In this document: piece by piece, positions 1-8,697 of the stretch
Numbering within the stretch: the stretch's first letter is position 1
Layout: each line of letters begins with the position of its first letter
NCBI GenBank assembly: GCA_030649345.1
Contig: JAUSKK010000054.1
Location: forward strand, 1 to 32,000
DNA: 32,000 nucleotides
Source of the DNA: Candidatus Iainarchaeum sp.
Lineage (GTDB): Archaea; Iainarchaeota; Iainarchaeia; Iainarchaeales; 0-14-0-20-34-12
Direction: 5' to 3'
Made by a program: the position numbers and the translations under genes
Notes under the pieces: model-generated
What the model was told of the DNA's origin: nothing
What the model saw: the letters and a program-made list of their open reading frames with translations, nothing else
Database searches by the model: none

Positions 1-3000
1 GGTGTCACCATTAATGCATTGGTCTCTGGGCTCTTGTGTACATTGAATTCCTGTTTCTCCTGCACTAGTCATTAATCGTACTTTGACTTCATACGTGCCT
101 GCAGTTAAATCATTAAAATTAAAGTCTTTGCTGGAAGTGCTTACAACATTTCTGGTTTCTCTAATCGGTGATCCTGTTACTCCAACTCCGCTGCTGGTTA
201 CAGTTAATTCATAAGGTACTGCTGTTTCAATATCATTGTTGGATTTTAATTCAACTGTAATTTTTACATTATTGGTTCCAGTGATTGGAACTGCTTCTAC
301 TTTAGATACTGTTACATCTCTGGTGGTTGTAGATAATTCTTGAGTATTTCGTGAAGCTGTTCTTGAACTCGCTGGACAGCTGGCATTTCTTGTTGGTTGT
401 AATTCTTTTTCCAATAATTGAATTTTCTTTAATAATTCTATTGTGAATTGAGTTGAATCACAATAAATATTGTTTCTGTTTCCTTCATCGCATGAACCTA
501 AACCAATTCCAACTAATTGATTTCTAGCTTCTTCTATTGGATCAGGTATTGGAATTTCTACATTGGTTCCAGGAATTGTTGCAGTTCTAGTTGTTGAACC
601 AGTTACTAAAATGCTGTTCCATTTCCATGAATACAATACTTTAGGTGCTGCTTGGGTTCCTGTGCTTCCAATTCTGGATCCAATTCTGCAGCTTTCCAAT
701 CCCAAAGGAGTAGGCAAAGCTTCTTCTGGTTTGAATGAATTGAATTGGACTTTTATTTTTTCAAAATAAGATTGTTTGTCTTTAATTTTTTCTTGCAAGT
801 AAGCTTCTGTTATTTCTGTTTGAGTTGGATTGTCTTTACAGATTCCTGAACTAATTCCTTCAATTACATTATTTCCTGTTTCTTTGCTTTCTTCTGAAAT
901 ACTTTCACAATAAATATTTCGAATTTCTGTTCCTCCAACTTTTAAAATTCCTTTCAATGGAGTGAATGGATCCACTTGTTTTACATTGCCTGTATTTCTG
1001 AATTGGATTTCAAATTCATGCAATGGTTTTCTAAAGTCTGCTGGATTTGGTTTTTCTTTAGCTGTTCCAACTGCAATACTAATTCCATCAAAGGGCGGTT
1101 CGTCTATGAATCCAGTTGGATTATTGGTGTCTGGGATAGTTGCTAGTTCTGCTGCCAATAATTTAAAGTGTGCATTGCTGTCTAATTCTGGAATATCATT
1201 TACTATGACTGCTTTGGTTACTTCTCCTTCTCGGTCTGAAAATAAATAAGTTGTTGCTCCAGTAATTGCTCCTAAGCCAGCTCCAGCTAAAGGATTGGTT
1301 ATTCCGGCTCCAATTAATCCGCCTACGCCTCCCAACATGCTTCCAAATCCATTGCCTAATTGCTGTAAACCAAATCCTGAATTTTGTGCTCCCAATCCTT
1401 GGAAACCAGTTGGATTTTTTGACTGTAAATTAGCTAAAGTAACCAAACCTTGTCTGGCTCCAGTTGAAACTAAAGGTTCAGTTGCTGGGGCTGCTGTAGC
1501 TCCTGGAGTTTCTCCAACACATTTGTTGGCTGTACATACATTACTAGCACACCAAGTAGCATCTTGGCAGTCTTGGCCAGCTCCTAAGAAACAATAGAAT
1601 TTTGTGTCCGCAATTGCTGCTTGTGTGGCTCCTGCTCTTTTAGTATAATCTCCTTGTGGTGAAAAATTTATTTTTGAAATACATTTTAAATTAGCTGAAC
1701 TACTGGGATCACTACATTTTGCATTATCTGCTGAAATCCACCATATTCCACTTGTTTCATGGGGTGTATTTTGACATTCTGCTTGTAATTTTGCTGGTCG
1801 TGTAATCGTGCCAGGTGGACTTCCCCCAGTTGTTGCTATACAAACTCCGCTAGTACAAGTTGCTCCAGTTACACAAGTGTCTCCTGTGTTACAAACTGTG
1901 CCAATAGGTATATTTGTGCGTGCTGCTGGTCCGCCCCCTGGCAATCCTGTTCCTGGTAGTACTTCACAAAAAGAATCTCCTGCGAGTGGGTCGGAACATC
2001 TTCTGCCTGTAATTGATTCACATTCTTCTTCTATTTTGGTTGCAGTTCCAGTTGTTCCGCAAGTTTCAGTTATTAATTTTCCACCTGAACAATATTTTTT
2101 AGTTTGGCCGGCAGTAACTGTGCTCCCATTAATTTGACAGGTAAATTCTACTGAAGTAATTTCTGCACATTTATTTGTTGAAGAATCACAATAACTTGAA
2201 GCACATTCTGAATTATTTGTGCATGCTTCACCAGTTGCTTTTGGAGTTCCTGGCACTGCAATTGTTTTTTTACAAATATTACTTTCACAGGTTAAATCTT
2301 TTCCACAGTCTTCTTGTTTTGCACAAGCTTCTCCAAGTTTTTTAGTTCCTGCAGGTGGAGCTGTTGTTCCTTCTTTGACTTCTTGACATTTTCCGTCTTT
2401 CCATTCTGCGTTTTTGAATTTGTCACATTCTGCATCTGTGGTTGCAGCTGCAATAGCTGCTGCTCCGCCTAAAACTTTAGCTGTCTTGCTTCCGAATGAT
2501 CCAGCTAAGCCTGTCATTCCGCCAATTCCTGCACCTAAAGCCATGCGAGTACCCAAACAACTAGAGTCTGCTTCTCCGGATGCAATGCCTGCAATACTAG
2601 CTCCAGCTGAACCGCCGGCAATAATTCCTCCAGCAATCGCTACTCCGCCACCGACTCCAAAGCCGCCTAATAATCCTCCGACTAACATTCCTCCAGCCAT
2701 TCCGCCTAAAGAATTCCAGCCAAAGCCTCCACTTTCTTTATTACTCCAAAAACAAGAATTGTCGTAATGTACTTTGAATTGTTGTTCTTTTTTCACACAT
2801 TTATTAATGACTTTAGCTGTATCGAACGCGTCAAATGGTGTTGCTGGATCATCAAATACATCAAACTCGTATCTGGATAATTCAAAGCATTCATCGCCTG
2901 TGACTCTGACTCTTAATAATTTGCTTTCTCTGTAATCCAAAAATCCTGCCCCGCGAGCCAATACTGTAATTTGGTATTGTCCAGAAGTTTGACTCGGGTC

Positions 3001-6000
3001 TGTTAAAATTGTAAACATTTGTTTGTCTGTGCCTTGCAAGCTGGCTTGTTTTGTACTCAAATCTAATTCACTTTCAAATTTGAAGTCTACTGTTGCTCCG
3101 CAGTTTTTGGTTTCAATTTCAAAAGTAGTTTCTTCTCCTTTTTTGAGCTTAAAAAGATCTCTGTTGTATCGGATACAGTCTCCTAAACTGACTACTCCAA
3201 TTTGGGTTGTTAAAGAATCGCTTAATTCTTGTACACTGGCTGAAGTTGGATTTTCTGCTTTAATTTCAATAGTAGCTTCTCCTAAACCAGAGACTCCGCC
3301 GTCGGGTGTAAATGTTAATATTGCTTCAGTGCGCGAGTCTTCCAATACTCTGGGATTTACTAATTTGAAATAAGATTCGCGTAATTCAACTGTATCATTT
3401 CCAATGGTTAAAGAATAATTTCCTAATTTGTTTCCTTTCCAATGAACTTGAGCCTGCAAGTTCTTTAATTCAATTGGAATTCCTTCGATTGTACAATTAT
3501 TTTCAACTCTTAACTGCAAGCTTACTGGTTGTCCTTCTGTGGCTGCATCAGTCCAAGAATCTTTATCTACATTTAAGCATGCTGGATTTTCTACTTCTCC
3601 ACCAATTCCTATATTAATCAATACAGGTGTTTCTGTAATCCATTGTTCTCCTAAAGCACTTGCAATAATTACTAAATTTCCTTGCAAGTCTACGGGTGAA
3701 TTTAACTGTAATCCTAAATCGCTTAAGGCTAATCGTACATCAATATTCACTGAACTTTTTGCACTAATTTCTCGGCCAGTTAATTGACTAAAAATATATG
3801 CAATAGCCTTGGGTTGGTCAATTAATCCTTTTAAGTCTCCGCGTAAATCTACAGTATCAATGGTTACTCCAAATTCTGTTGCATTTCGTACATTGATAGT
3901 TCGAGTATTTTCTTTGATTGTTTTTGGATTCAAAGCATACCCCAATCTTTCCGGTGTAACTTTTACAACTGTAGTGTCTGCAGTTAAATCAACCACTAAA
4001 GGCTTGTAGTCTGGCTTTACTAAATAAAGTTGGATTGTTTCTCCGGGTCGAATGGCTGGCAATCGAATTCTAGCAATGCCCAATTCATTACTGGTTTCTG
4101 TAGTTGTAGCAATTATATTTCCGAATCTGTCTTTTACATAAACTTGTGTTCCTTGAACTTCTACACTGGTTCTTTTGTTTTTAATTTTCAAAACTAAAGT
4201 TTGTTCTACTCCTGTAGACAAAGTTGGCAAATCTTCGGAGAATGAAGAATTTTCTTTTTGGAATTCTATAGTAAATTCTTCTCTGGCCAAAACTTGTACA
4301 TTCAATACTTTACTGTATACAATTCTATTCGCTGATTTTAATTGCAAAGTTACTTGAGAAGTTGAAGGTTGTTCTGTGAGTAAATCAATTTCTCCAGTAA
4401 TTCTTGAATTTGGCTTTACATCTCCAACCAAGTCTGTAAAGTCGGAATCAATTCCATCAAATCCAGTTAAACCTCGAGCATGTGCTAATTCTCTTCCTGT
4501 AACATCGCGTACTTTGTATCCTAAAATACTCGAAGTTTCAGTGGGTTCAGCTATTCTGATTTGTGCTCCAAAAAAAGAATCTCTTTCACTTTCAGAAGTA
4601 TTCACTAAAGTAAATTTGAGTTTGTATTGTCTTCCAATATTTGCACTAAATCCATTGTTGGCTGAAACCATTAAATCCGATTCAGTGTCTAAAGCTGTAG
4701 CACTAAAGCACCAAATTCCAATACAAGTGCTTTCTTCTCCTGTACTGAATTGTTCTTCATTGGTGGCTGCTCGTAAATCTGCAAAGCTAGCTGTACTTGC
4801 AAAGCTTGCATCAGATGGCACTCGTACTAAACTTGTTCCTTCTTGAGCCCAAGCTCTCCAGTATAAAGATAATTGTTCATCCAATCCAGCAGTTTCTTTG
4901 ACTTTGAGTACCACATCTAAATTCATTAATCCAGTAAATGTTTGAGGATAAACAATATTCACCCATTTGCTTCCGTCTTTGCTTAAATTGCTTGAATCTT
5001 CCAACAATGCCAAAGCATCTGGTCTGTCATGCAAACTAGTTCCTTTCCATAAACTGGCTCCAGCTGGAACACTTACACTTTTCACAAACCATGGATCTGT
5101 TTCCATTTTTTCCCCTGGGCTAGTGCTGGCTGTAGGCACTCCAGTTCTTGCATGCAATCCAATTTGAGTGTAAATTTTATTGGATGGAATTCGTATTTGG
5201 AATCTTGCAGTATATTCTTCTCCAGGTGTAACATTTTGGACTCTGGTTCCATCTTTAAATAATCCAATAAATTTAGCTTGTAAGTCTCCGGAAATAATTT
5301 CTGGTTCTAATACAACAGTGTGTGTGCTTAATTCTGCTGGATTAATTTCAATCGGCTGAGAAATATATCTGGTATACGAAACACTTCTGCTGGGGTCATT
5401 AAAATTGCTTAAAATATAAACTTTGGTTCCGCCCGGAATAGTATCAAACAAAATACTTCCATTATTATCTGTTGGAGTAAATCCTTGAATAAGTTCATTC
5501 GAGTAAGAATCTCGTACACTGACTAAAGCAAAAGGTACTGCATGTCCGTCTTTATCTTGGACATTTACTTGCAAACTTCCATTCGGAATTTCTAAAACAA
5601 CAGTATAAACAATTTCTCCAGCTCTATTTTTTTGGAATTCTTGTACATCACTCCATCCGCTTGCTAAACCTTTGAATGCAAATACTTTATAGGTTCCATT
5701 ATCTACTGGAACAAATTTAGCAGCACCATTCACATCAGTAATTAATTTATCCGGACTTCTGGGTACAGCAAATCCTTGGCTGTCAAATAATCCAACCACT
5801 GCATTGGCAATTCCTTTTCCATCCGAATTTACTACTTTTAATTTTAAAGTTGCACATTCAGTTCCAATACATTGTTCTAAATTAATTCTTGTAACAGTTT
5901 CTCCGGGCGCGACATTAATAGGTCCTTTAGGTTTGTATCCATCCTTGGTTAAATAAACAGTAAATCCAGTTGTTTTGTCTACAGCAAATTCTGCAATTGC

Positions 6001-7140
6001 ATTATTGTCTAAACTTGTAGTTCTAAATTCTCTTTGATTGCTTCCATCAAATAATTTTACACTCACTCCTTCCAAAGCTCTGTTGCGTGTATCCAATGCT
6101 TGTATTTTAATTCGTCCAACTACATTTTTTTCCAATTCTAATTGAACAGTTTGAGTTCCGTTGGCAGTAATTTGTACAATATCACTGGTTTGACTGGAGT
6201 ATTCTCCTGTGCCATTGCTTTGCACACAATAAGTTCCTGCTGGAATATTAAACGAAACTTGTCCGGCTGTAGAATATTCTACACTTTCATACAATCCAGG
6301 GCAAGCAGCAAATCCATTGTCTGCTTTAAATAAATTTACAGAAATACTTTCAGTGGTTAAAGGTCTTTGCAGGCCAGCAGGATCTTGTGCTGTTAAATTT
6401 ACAATTAATGTTCCGGTGTTTGGAATATCTTCAGCCAATAAAATTTCTCCGCCGTCTGCAATCGGTTGTCCATCAACTCCCAAAAATCCAGCGACTGCAT
6501 TGACTGTTGCCCTTAGTTGTCCGCATTCTTCTGTTTTTTCTACTTCAAATCCATCAAAAGGCTGTATTTGATTGTAAATCGTTGCAGGAGCTGTATTAGA
6601 TCCAGAGCAAGAAAAAGTTACAGTTAAAGGAACTCCTGTTAATAATTGCCCGTTATTTTTTACATAAAATTTAATGGTTGTTCCAGTACTTTCTGGAATT
6701 AAAACAATTTCGCTTTGCAAAGATTGTTCTACAACTTCAATTCCTGCAATAGTATTGTATCCTGTTTTAGTTACTGCATAATTTACTGAAGTTCCTTTGG
6801 GTACTTGAATTTTTTCAGTAATTCCTTCAGCATTGGTAATTTTTGTAATTGGTTCAGTTAAACCATCGTACGAAAAAGTTACACTGGCTCCAGCAATAGG
6901 ACTGCCTTGGCTGACTGCTTTCAAACTATAGTCTACTGTATTTCCTGGTCCTAAAACTGAAGCAATTAAGAAGACTCCTAAAATAAGAATTAAAACTAAA
7001 AATACTGCAAAACTTGGAACAACTCTGTCAATGGGTTCAATGACTTTATAGATTGGGATGCGGGCATCAATTTTATCTAAAAAACCGTACCATTTTTCTT
7101 CCAACTTGAAATAAAACTCTTTTAAAGCTTCAAAAACCAT
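1..7140 (-). CDS. Giant membrane-anchored surface protein, paralog 1 (5'-complete; C-terminus runs off the left edge; 2380 codons in window)
   Basis: ATG at 7140-7138 with GAGGA 7 nt upstream. The track lists no terminated minus-strand ORF starting here, so the frame (codon first bases at multiples of 3) must stay open to nt 1. Hand translation gives MVFEALKEFYFKLEEKWYGFLDKIDARIPIYKVIEPIDRVVPSFAVFLVLILILGVFLIA..., the same N-terminal motif plus TM helix as the two complete giants. Hand-translated stretches at 5820-5641, 3540-3421, 2769-1261 and 471-441 are all in frame. They show a beta-sandwich repeat (GKGIANAVVGLFDSQGFAVPRSPDKLITDVNGAAKFVPVDNGTYKVFAFKGLASG) and paralog matches. The + strand ORFs at 563-6571 are antisense shadows. 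Confidence 0.85.
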   Translation of the reverse strand, partial: MVFEALKEFYFKLEEKWYGFLDKIDARIPIYKVIEPIDRVVPSFAVFLVLILILGVFLIASVLGPGNTVDYSLKAVSQGSPIAGASVTFSYDGLTEPITKITNAEGITEKIQVPKGTSVNYAVTKTGYNTIAGIEVVEQSLQSEIVLIPESTGTTIKFYVKNNGQLLTGVPLTVTFSCSGSNTAPATIYNQIQPFDGFEVEKTEECGQLRATVNAVAGFLGVDGQPIADGGEILLAEDIPNTGTLIVNLTAQDPAGLQRPLTTESISVNLFKADNGFAACPGLYESVEYSTAGQVSFNIPAGTYCVQSNGTGEYSSQTSDIVQITANGTQTVQLELEKNVVGRIKIQALDTRNRALEGVSVKLFDGSNQREFRTTSLDNNAIAEFAVDKTTGFTVYLTKDGYKPKGPINVAPGETVTRINLEQCIGTECATLKLKVVNSDGKGIANAVVGLFDSQGFAVPRSPDKLITDVNGAAKFVPVDNGTYKVFAFKGLASGWSDVQEFQKNRAGEIVYTVVLEIPNGSLQVNVQDKDGHAVPFALVSVRDSYSNELIQGFTPTDNNGSILFDTIPGGTKVYILSNFNDPSRSVSYTRYISQPIEINPAELSTHTVVLEPEIISGDLQAKFIGLFKDGTRVQNVTPGEEYTARFQIRIPSNKIYTQIGLHARTGVPTASTSPGEKMETDPWFVKSVSVPAGASLWKGTSLHDRPDALALLEDSSNLSKDGSKWVNIVYPQTFTGLMNLDVVLKVKETAGLDEQLSLYWRAWAQEGTSLVRVPSDASFASTASFADLRAATNEEQFSTGEESTCIGIWCFSATALDTESDLMVSANNGFSANIGRQYKLKFTLVNTSESERDSFFGAQIRIAEPTETSSILGYKVRDVTGRELAHARGLTGFDGIDSDFTDLVGDVKPNSRITGEIDLLTEQPSTSQVTLQLKSANRIVYSKVLNVQVLAREEFTIEFQKENSSFSEDLPTLSTGVEQTLVLKIKNKRTSVEVQGTQVYVKDRFGNIIATTTETSNELGIARIRLPAIRPGETIQLYLVKPDYKPLVVDLTADTTVVKVTPERLGYALNPKTIKENTRTINVRNATEFGVTIDTVDLRGDLKGLIDQPKAIAYIFSQLTGREISAKSSVNIDVRLALSDLGLQLNSPVDLQGNLVIIASALGEQWITETPVLINIGIGGEVENPACLNVDKDSWTDAATEGQPVSLQLRVENNCTIEGIPIELKNLQAQVHWKGNKLGNYSLTIGNDTVELRESYFKLVNPRVLEDSRTEAILTFTPDGGVSGLGEATIEIKAENPTSASVQELSDSLTTQIGVVSLGDCIRYNRDLFKLKKGEETTFEIETKNCGATVDFKFESELDLSTKQASLQGTDKQMFTILTDPSQTSGQYQITVLARGAGFLDYRESKLLRVRVTGDECFELSRYEFDVFDDPATPFDAFDTAKVINKCVKKEQQFKVHYDNSCFWSNKESGGFGWNSLGGMAGGMLVGGLLGGFGVGGGVAIAGGIIAGGSAGASIAGIASGEADSSCLGTRMALGAGIGGMTGLAGSFGSKTAKVLGGAAAIAAATTDAECDKFKNAEWKDGKCQEVKEGTTAPPAGTKKLGEACAKQEDCGKDLTCESNICKKTIAVPGTPKATGEACTNNSECASSYCDSSTNKCAEITSVEFTCQINGSTVTAGQTKKYCSGGKLITETCGTTGTATKIEEECESITGRRCSDPLAGDSFCEVLPGTGLPGGGPAARTNIPIGTVCNTGDTCVTGATCTSGVCIATTGGSPPGTITRPAKLQAECQNTPHETSGIWWISADNAKCSDPSSSANLKCISKINFSPQGDYTKRAGATQAAIADTKFYCFLGAGQDCQDATWCASNVCTANKCVGETPGATAAPATEPLVSTGARQGLVTLANLQSKNPTGFQGLGAQNSGFGLQQLGNGFGSMLGGVGGLIGAGITNPLAGAGLGAITGATTYLFSDREGEVTKAVIVNDIPELDSNAHFKLLAAELATIPDTNNPTGFIDEPPFDGISIAVGTAKEKPNPADFRKPLHEFEIQFRNTGNVKQVDPFTPLKGILKVGGTEIRNIYCESISEESKETGNNVIEGISSGICKDNPTQTEITEAYLQEKIKDKQSYFEKIKVQFNSFKPEEALPTPLGLESCRIGSRIGSTGTQAAPKVLYSWKWNSILVTGSTTRTATIPGTNVEIPIPDPIEEARNQLVGIGLGSCDEGNRNNIYCDSTQFTIELLKKIQLLEKELQPTRNASCPASSRTASRNTQELSTTTRDVTVSKVEAVPITGTNNVKITVELKSNNDIETAVPYELTVTSSGVGVTGSPIRETRNVVSTSSKDFNFNDLTAGTYEVKVRLMTSAGETGIQCTQEPRDQCINGDT

Positions 7141-7239
7141 TCAAATTTCCTCGGATTTTAAAACTACATCAACCCATGCTCACTGGTTAATTTAATTCAA
7201 TTAATTTGTAATATAATATATGTAATAAAGTAAAGAATC

Positions 7240-7252
7240 CTTAATAAAGCTT
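7240..7252 (-). promoter_or_regulatory. BRE/TATA-like box AAGCTTTATTAAG upstream of giant 1
   Basis: Minus-strand AAGCTTTATTAAG lies 100-112 nt upstream of the giant 1 ATG. Near-identical boxes occur at 7766-7781 and 18689-18701. It is not mapped experimentally. Confidence 0.4.
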
Positions 7253-7260
7253 ACGCCCAG

Positions 7261-7749
7261 TTATTTTGCTAAATTTAAGGTTATAATAGGCAAGCTGGGA
7301 ATTAAGAATTCTAAACCAATTGCCAATATTATTGCAACTAGTAAAATTAAACCAATTTTTTTAATTTGAGTTTCCAATCTGGTATTTTGCTTTAAATCTT
7401 GCTGAATCCAGTAACCCAATTGCATTCCAGCATAACACGCAATCAATAAAGGCAAGACCCGAATTAAATAAGTTAAATTTCCAGCAAAAGTATTTCCTTC
7501 ACTGATTCCAAAAACCAACAAAACTAAGGGTGCTAAATATCCTTGAAATAAACTGCTTAATCCAAATACTCCTAAAACCAACAACGCATTGTCCAAGAAA
7601 TTGAGTTGAGTGAGTTTGATTTGGAAATCAAATTGAATTAAGTTTGTGAATATGGCTAGTACTGCAATGGCATAAAACAATACTCCAATGAGCAAGTATA
7701 ATCGTGTGACCAAGCTTTGAGCTGTATTCTTTTCTTCAATTAAACTCAT
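7261..7749 (-). CDS. Small polytopic membrane protein, family not recognised
   Basis: 162-aa ORF in the track with 4-5 hydrophobic helices (LYLLIGVLFYAIAVLAIFTNL; ALLVLGVFGLSSLFQGYLAPLVLLVFGI; LIRVLPLLIACYAGMQLGYWI; IGLILLVAIILAIGLEFLI). An AAGCTTTAAATAAAAG box sits 17-32 nt upstream of the ATG and there is no SD, so the transcript may be leaderless. Confidence 0.75.
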   Translation of the reverse strand: MSLIEEKNTAQSLVTRLYLLIGVLFYAIAVLAIFTNLIQFDFQIKLTQLNFLDNALLVLGVFGLSSLFQGYLAPLVLLVFGISEGNTFAGNLTYLIRVLPLLIACYAGMQLGYWIQQDLKQNTRLETQIKKIGLILLVAIILAIGLEFLIPSLPIITLNLAK

Positions 7750-7765
7750 GTATAAAATTAGGTTT

Positions 7766-7781
7766 CTTTTATTTAAAGCTT
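7766..7781 (-). promoter_or_regulatory. BRE/TATA-like box AAGCTTTAAATAAAAG upstream of the membrane-protein gene
   Basis: The spacing to ATG 7749 (17-32 nt) fits an archaeal TATA box in front of a leaderless or very short-leader mRNA. It shares the AAGCTTTA core with 7240-7252 and 18689-18701. Confidence 0.45.
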
Positions 7782-7800
7782 TTACTTAATTTAATTGAGG

Positions 7801-7920
7801 TTATTTTCTGGTGTATAACTCAGATCTGTGTTTTATTAGTATTTTTTTCATAGCATATCCTTGATTCATTTTTTCAACCAATATTTGAACAGCTGCTTGT
7901 CTTTGTGTTTCATTTTTCAT
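7801..7920 (-). CDS. Possible 39-aa small basic protein immediately downstream of mazF
   Basis: Hand translation gives MKNETQRQAAVQILVEKMNQGYAMKKILIKHRSELYTRK*. The ATG lies 4 nt after the mazF TGA, and GAAAGTGA just upstream could act as a weak SD. The ORF is below the track's size cutoff and I recognise no homology. Confidence 0.3.
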   Translation of the reverse strand: MKNETQRQAAVQILVEKMNQGYAMKKILIKHRSELYTRK

Positions 7921-7924
7921 GGTA

Positions 7925-8260
7925 TCATTCACTTTCCAATAGTTTGACCAGATTTTGAATTATTTGTTTTGTTTTTTGTTCTTTTGTATGCCCTGCTTTA
8001 TATAAAATAAGAGATTGATCTGCAGTAAACAATTTATTGATTCTTACATTGCTGTTTTGCTTAAGTGTTCCTTGTGCAAATTCTTTTTCTGACAAAGGCA
8101 CTGCATAACTGTCGCTTGTTTCTTGGCTGGTGATTTGGCAGAGAATTAAATCGTCTCCTTTTAATGTTTGAATGACAAATGCAGGACGTTTTTTTGTTGT
8201 AGATAAGTCAGAAAAAGGAAATGGGACAATTACAATATCTCCTTTTACAAATCTTTCCAT
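7925..8260 (-). CDS. mazF: MazF/PemK-family type II toxin (mRNA interferase)
   Basis: 111 aa. MERFVKGDIVIVPFPFSDLSTTKKRPAFVI matches the PemK/MazF hallmark (GDIv.v.FPfsd...KkRPalVl). The gene overlaps the upstream antitoxin gene by 16 nt and ends in TGA. Confidence 0.9.
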   Translation of the reverse strand: MERFVKGDIVIVPFPFSDLSTTKKRPAFVIQTLKGDDLILCQITSQETSDSYAVPLSEKEFAQGTLKQNSNVRINKLFTADQSLILYKAGHTKEQKTKQIIQNLVKLLESE

Positions 8261-8523
8261 GCTTGATCTTCCTTTTTAGACAGCCACTCTTTGGCTAATT
8301 TTTTTTCGCTTAATATTGCTGAGCTCATTTTTTCATTGAAACTATTTGTTTTTCCAAATACTGCAGATGCTACTTCAGATTCTTTTTTTATAATAATTTC
8401 ATTATTCCTTTCAATTAAAACCAATGCTTGTCTTCCGTTTAAGTTCAAGTCTTGTCTTACTTCTTCTGGAATAACTATTTGCCCACGGTCGCTCATAACC
8501 ACAGACCTAATACGTACATTCAT
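8245..8523 (-). CDS. mazE: AbrB/MazE/SpoVT-family antitoxin
   Basis: It has the swapped-hairpin motif SDRGQIVIPEEVRQDL near the N-terminus and a C-terminal tail ...AKEWLSKKEDQAWKDL typical of AbrB-type antitoxins. I prefer ATG 8523 (MNVRIRSVVMSDRGQ..., 92 aa) to the track's GTG 8604, because TATA-like A/T boxes lie at 8541-8570 inside that extension. Confidence 0.85.
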   Translation of the reverse strand: MNVRIRSVVMSDRGQIVIPEEVRQDLNLNGRQALVLIERNNEIIIKKESEVASAVFGKTNSFNEKMSSAILSEKKLAKEWLSKKEDQAWKDL

Positions 8524-8540
8524 ATCAATCAACTCAGTAA

Positions 8541-8570
8541 GTATAATATGTTTAAACTTATTTAAATAGT
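8541..8570 (-). promoter_or_regulatory. Candidate mazEF promoter (TATA-like boxes)
   Basis: The minus strand reads ACTATTTAAATAAGTTTAAACATATTATAC, 18-47 nt upstream of ATG 8523. Assigned by position and A/T composition only. Confidence 0.3.
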
Positions 8571-8620
8571 TTTGCGTGTTATTGGAGTATCTGGATGTAC
8601 TCACTAGTTAAAAATTAAGA

Positions 8621-8680
8621 AAATAGAAATTCTTAGTCTTTTTAGTTGACTAAGAATTTTGTGCATTCCAGACAATTTCT
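8621..8680. repeat. Direct repeat copy A: relic of the 3' end and terminator of a giant gene
   Basis: By hand alignment, 56 of 61 columns are identical to 9473-9533 (4 mismatches, 1 indel). Read on the minus strand it gives ..EIVWNA then a frameshift and a premature TAG, a decayed copy of the last ~13 codons of giant 2 plus its downstream hairpin. Confidence 0.8.
8630..8656 (-). terminator. Perfect 9-bp stem hairpin (ttcttagtc-N9-gactaagaa) inside repeat copy A, followed by a T-rich tract on the minus strand
   Basis: TTCTTAGTC (8630-8638) is the exact reverse complement of GACTAAGAA (8648-8656). The minus-strand RNA would be followed by UUUCUAUUUUCUUAAUUUUU. The homologous hairpin at 9482-9508 is imperfect and straddles the giant 2 stop codon. 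Confidence 0.5.
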
Positions 8681-8697
8681 ATGCAGTTAAATTGTAG

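Noticed and set aside
563-6571. Fifteen + strand ORFs of 60-156 aa (Pro/Ser/Leu/Cys-rich translations) listed in the track
   Set aside because: All lie antisense to the uninterrupted giant 1 frame. Their low-complexity, Pro/Ser-rich translations are typical shadow ORFs of a Gly/Thr/Glu-rich gene on the other strand. The 61-aa minus ORF at 5082-5267 is an off-frame overlap of the same gene.
8524-8604. GTG-initiated 27-aa N-terminal extension of the antitoxin (MSTSRYSNNTQNYLNKFKHIILTELID)
   Set aside because: AbrB-type antitoxins start a few residues before the xxGQhxIP motif. The extension contains the TATA-like boxes that most likely drive mazEF. The antisense 92-aa + ORF at 8291-8569 is likewise a shadow.
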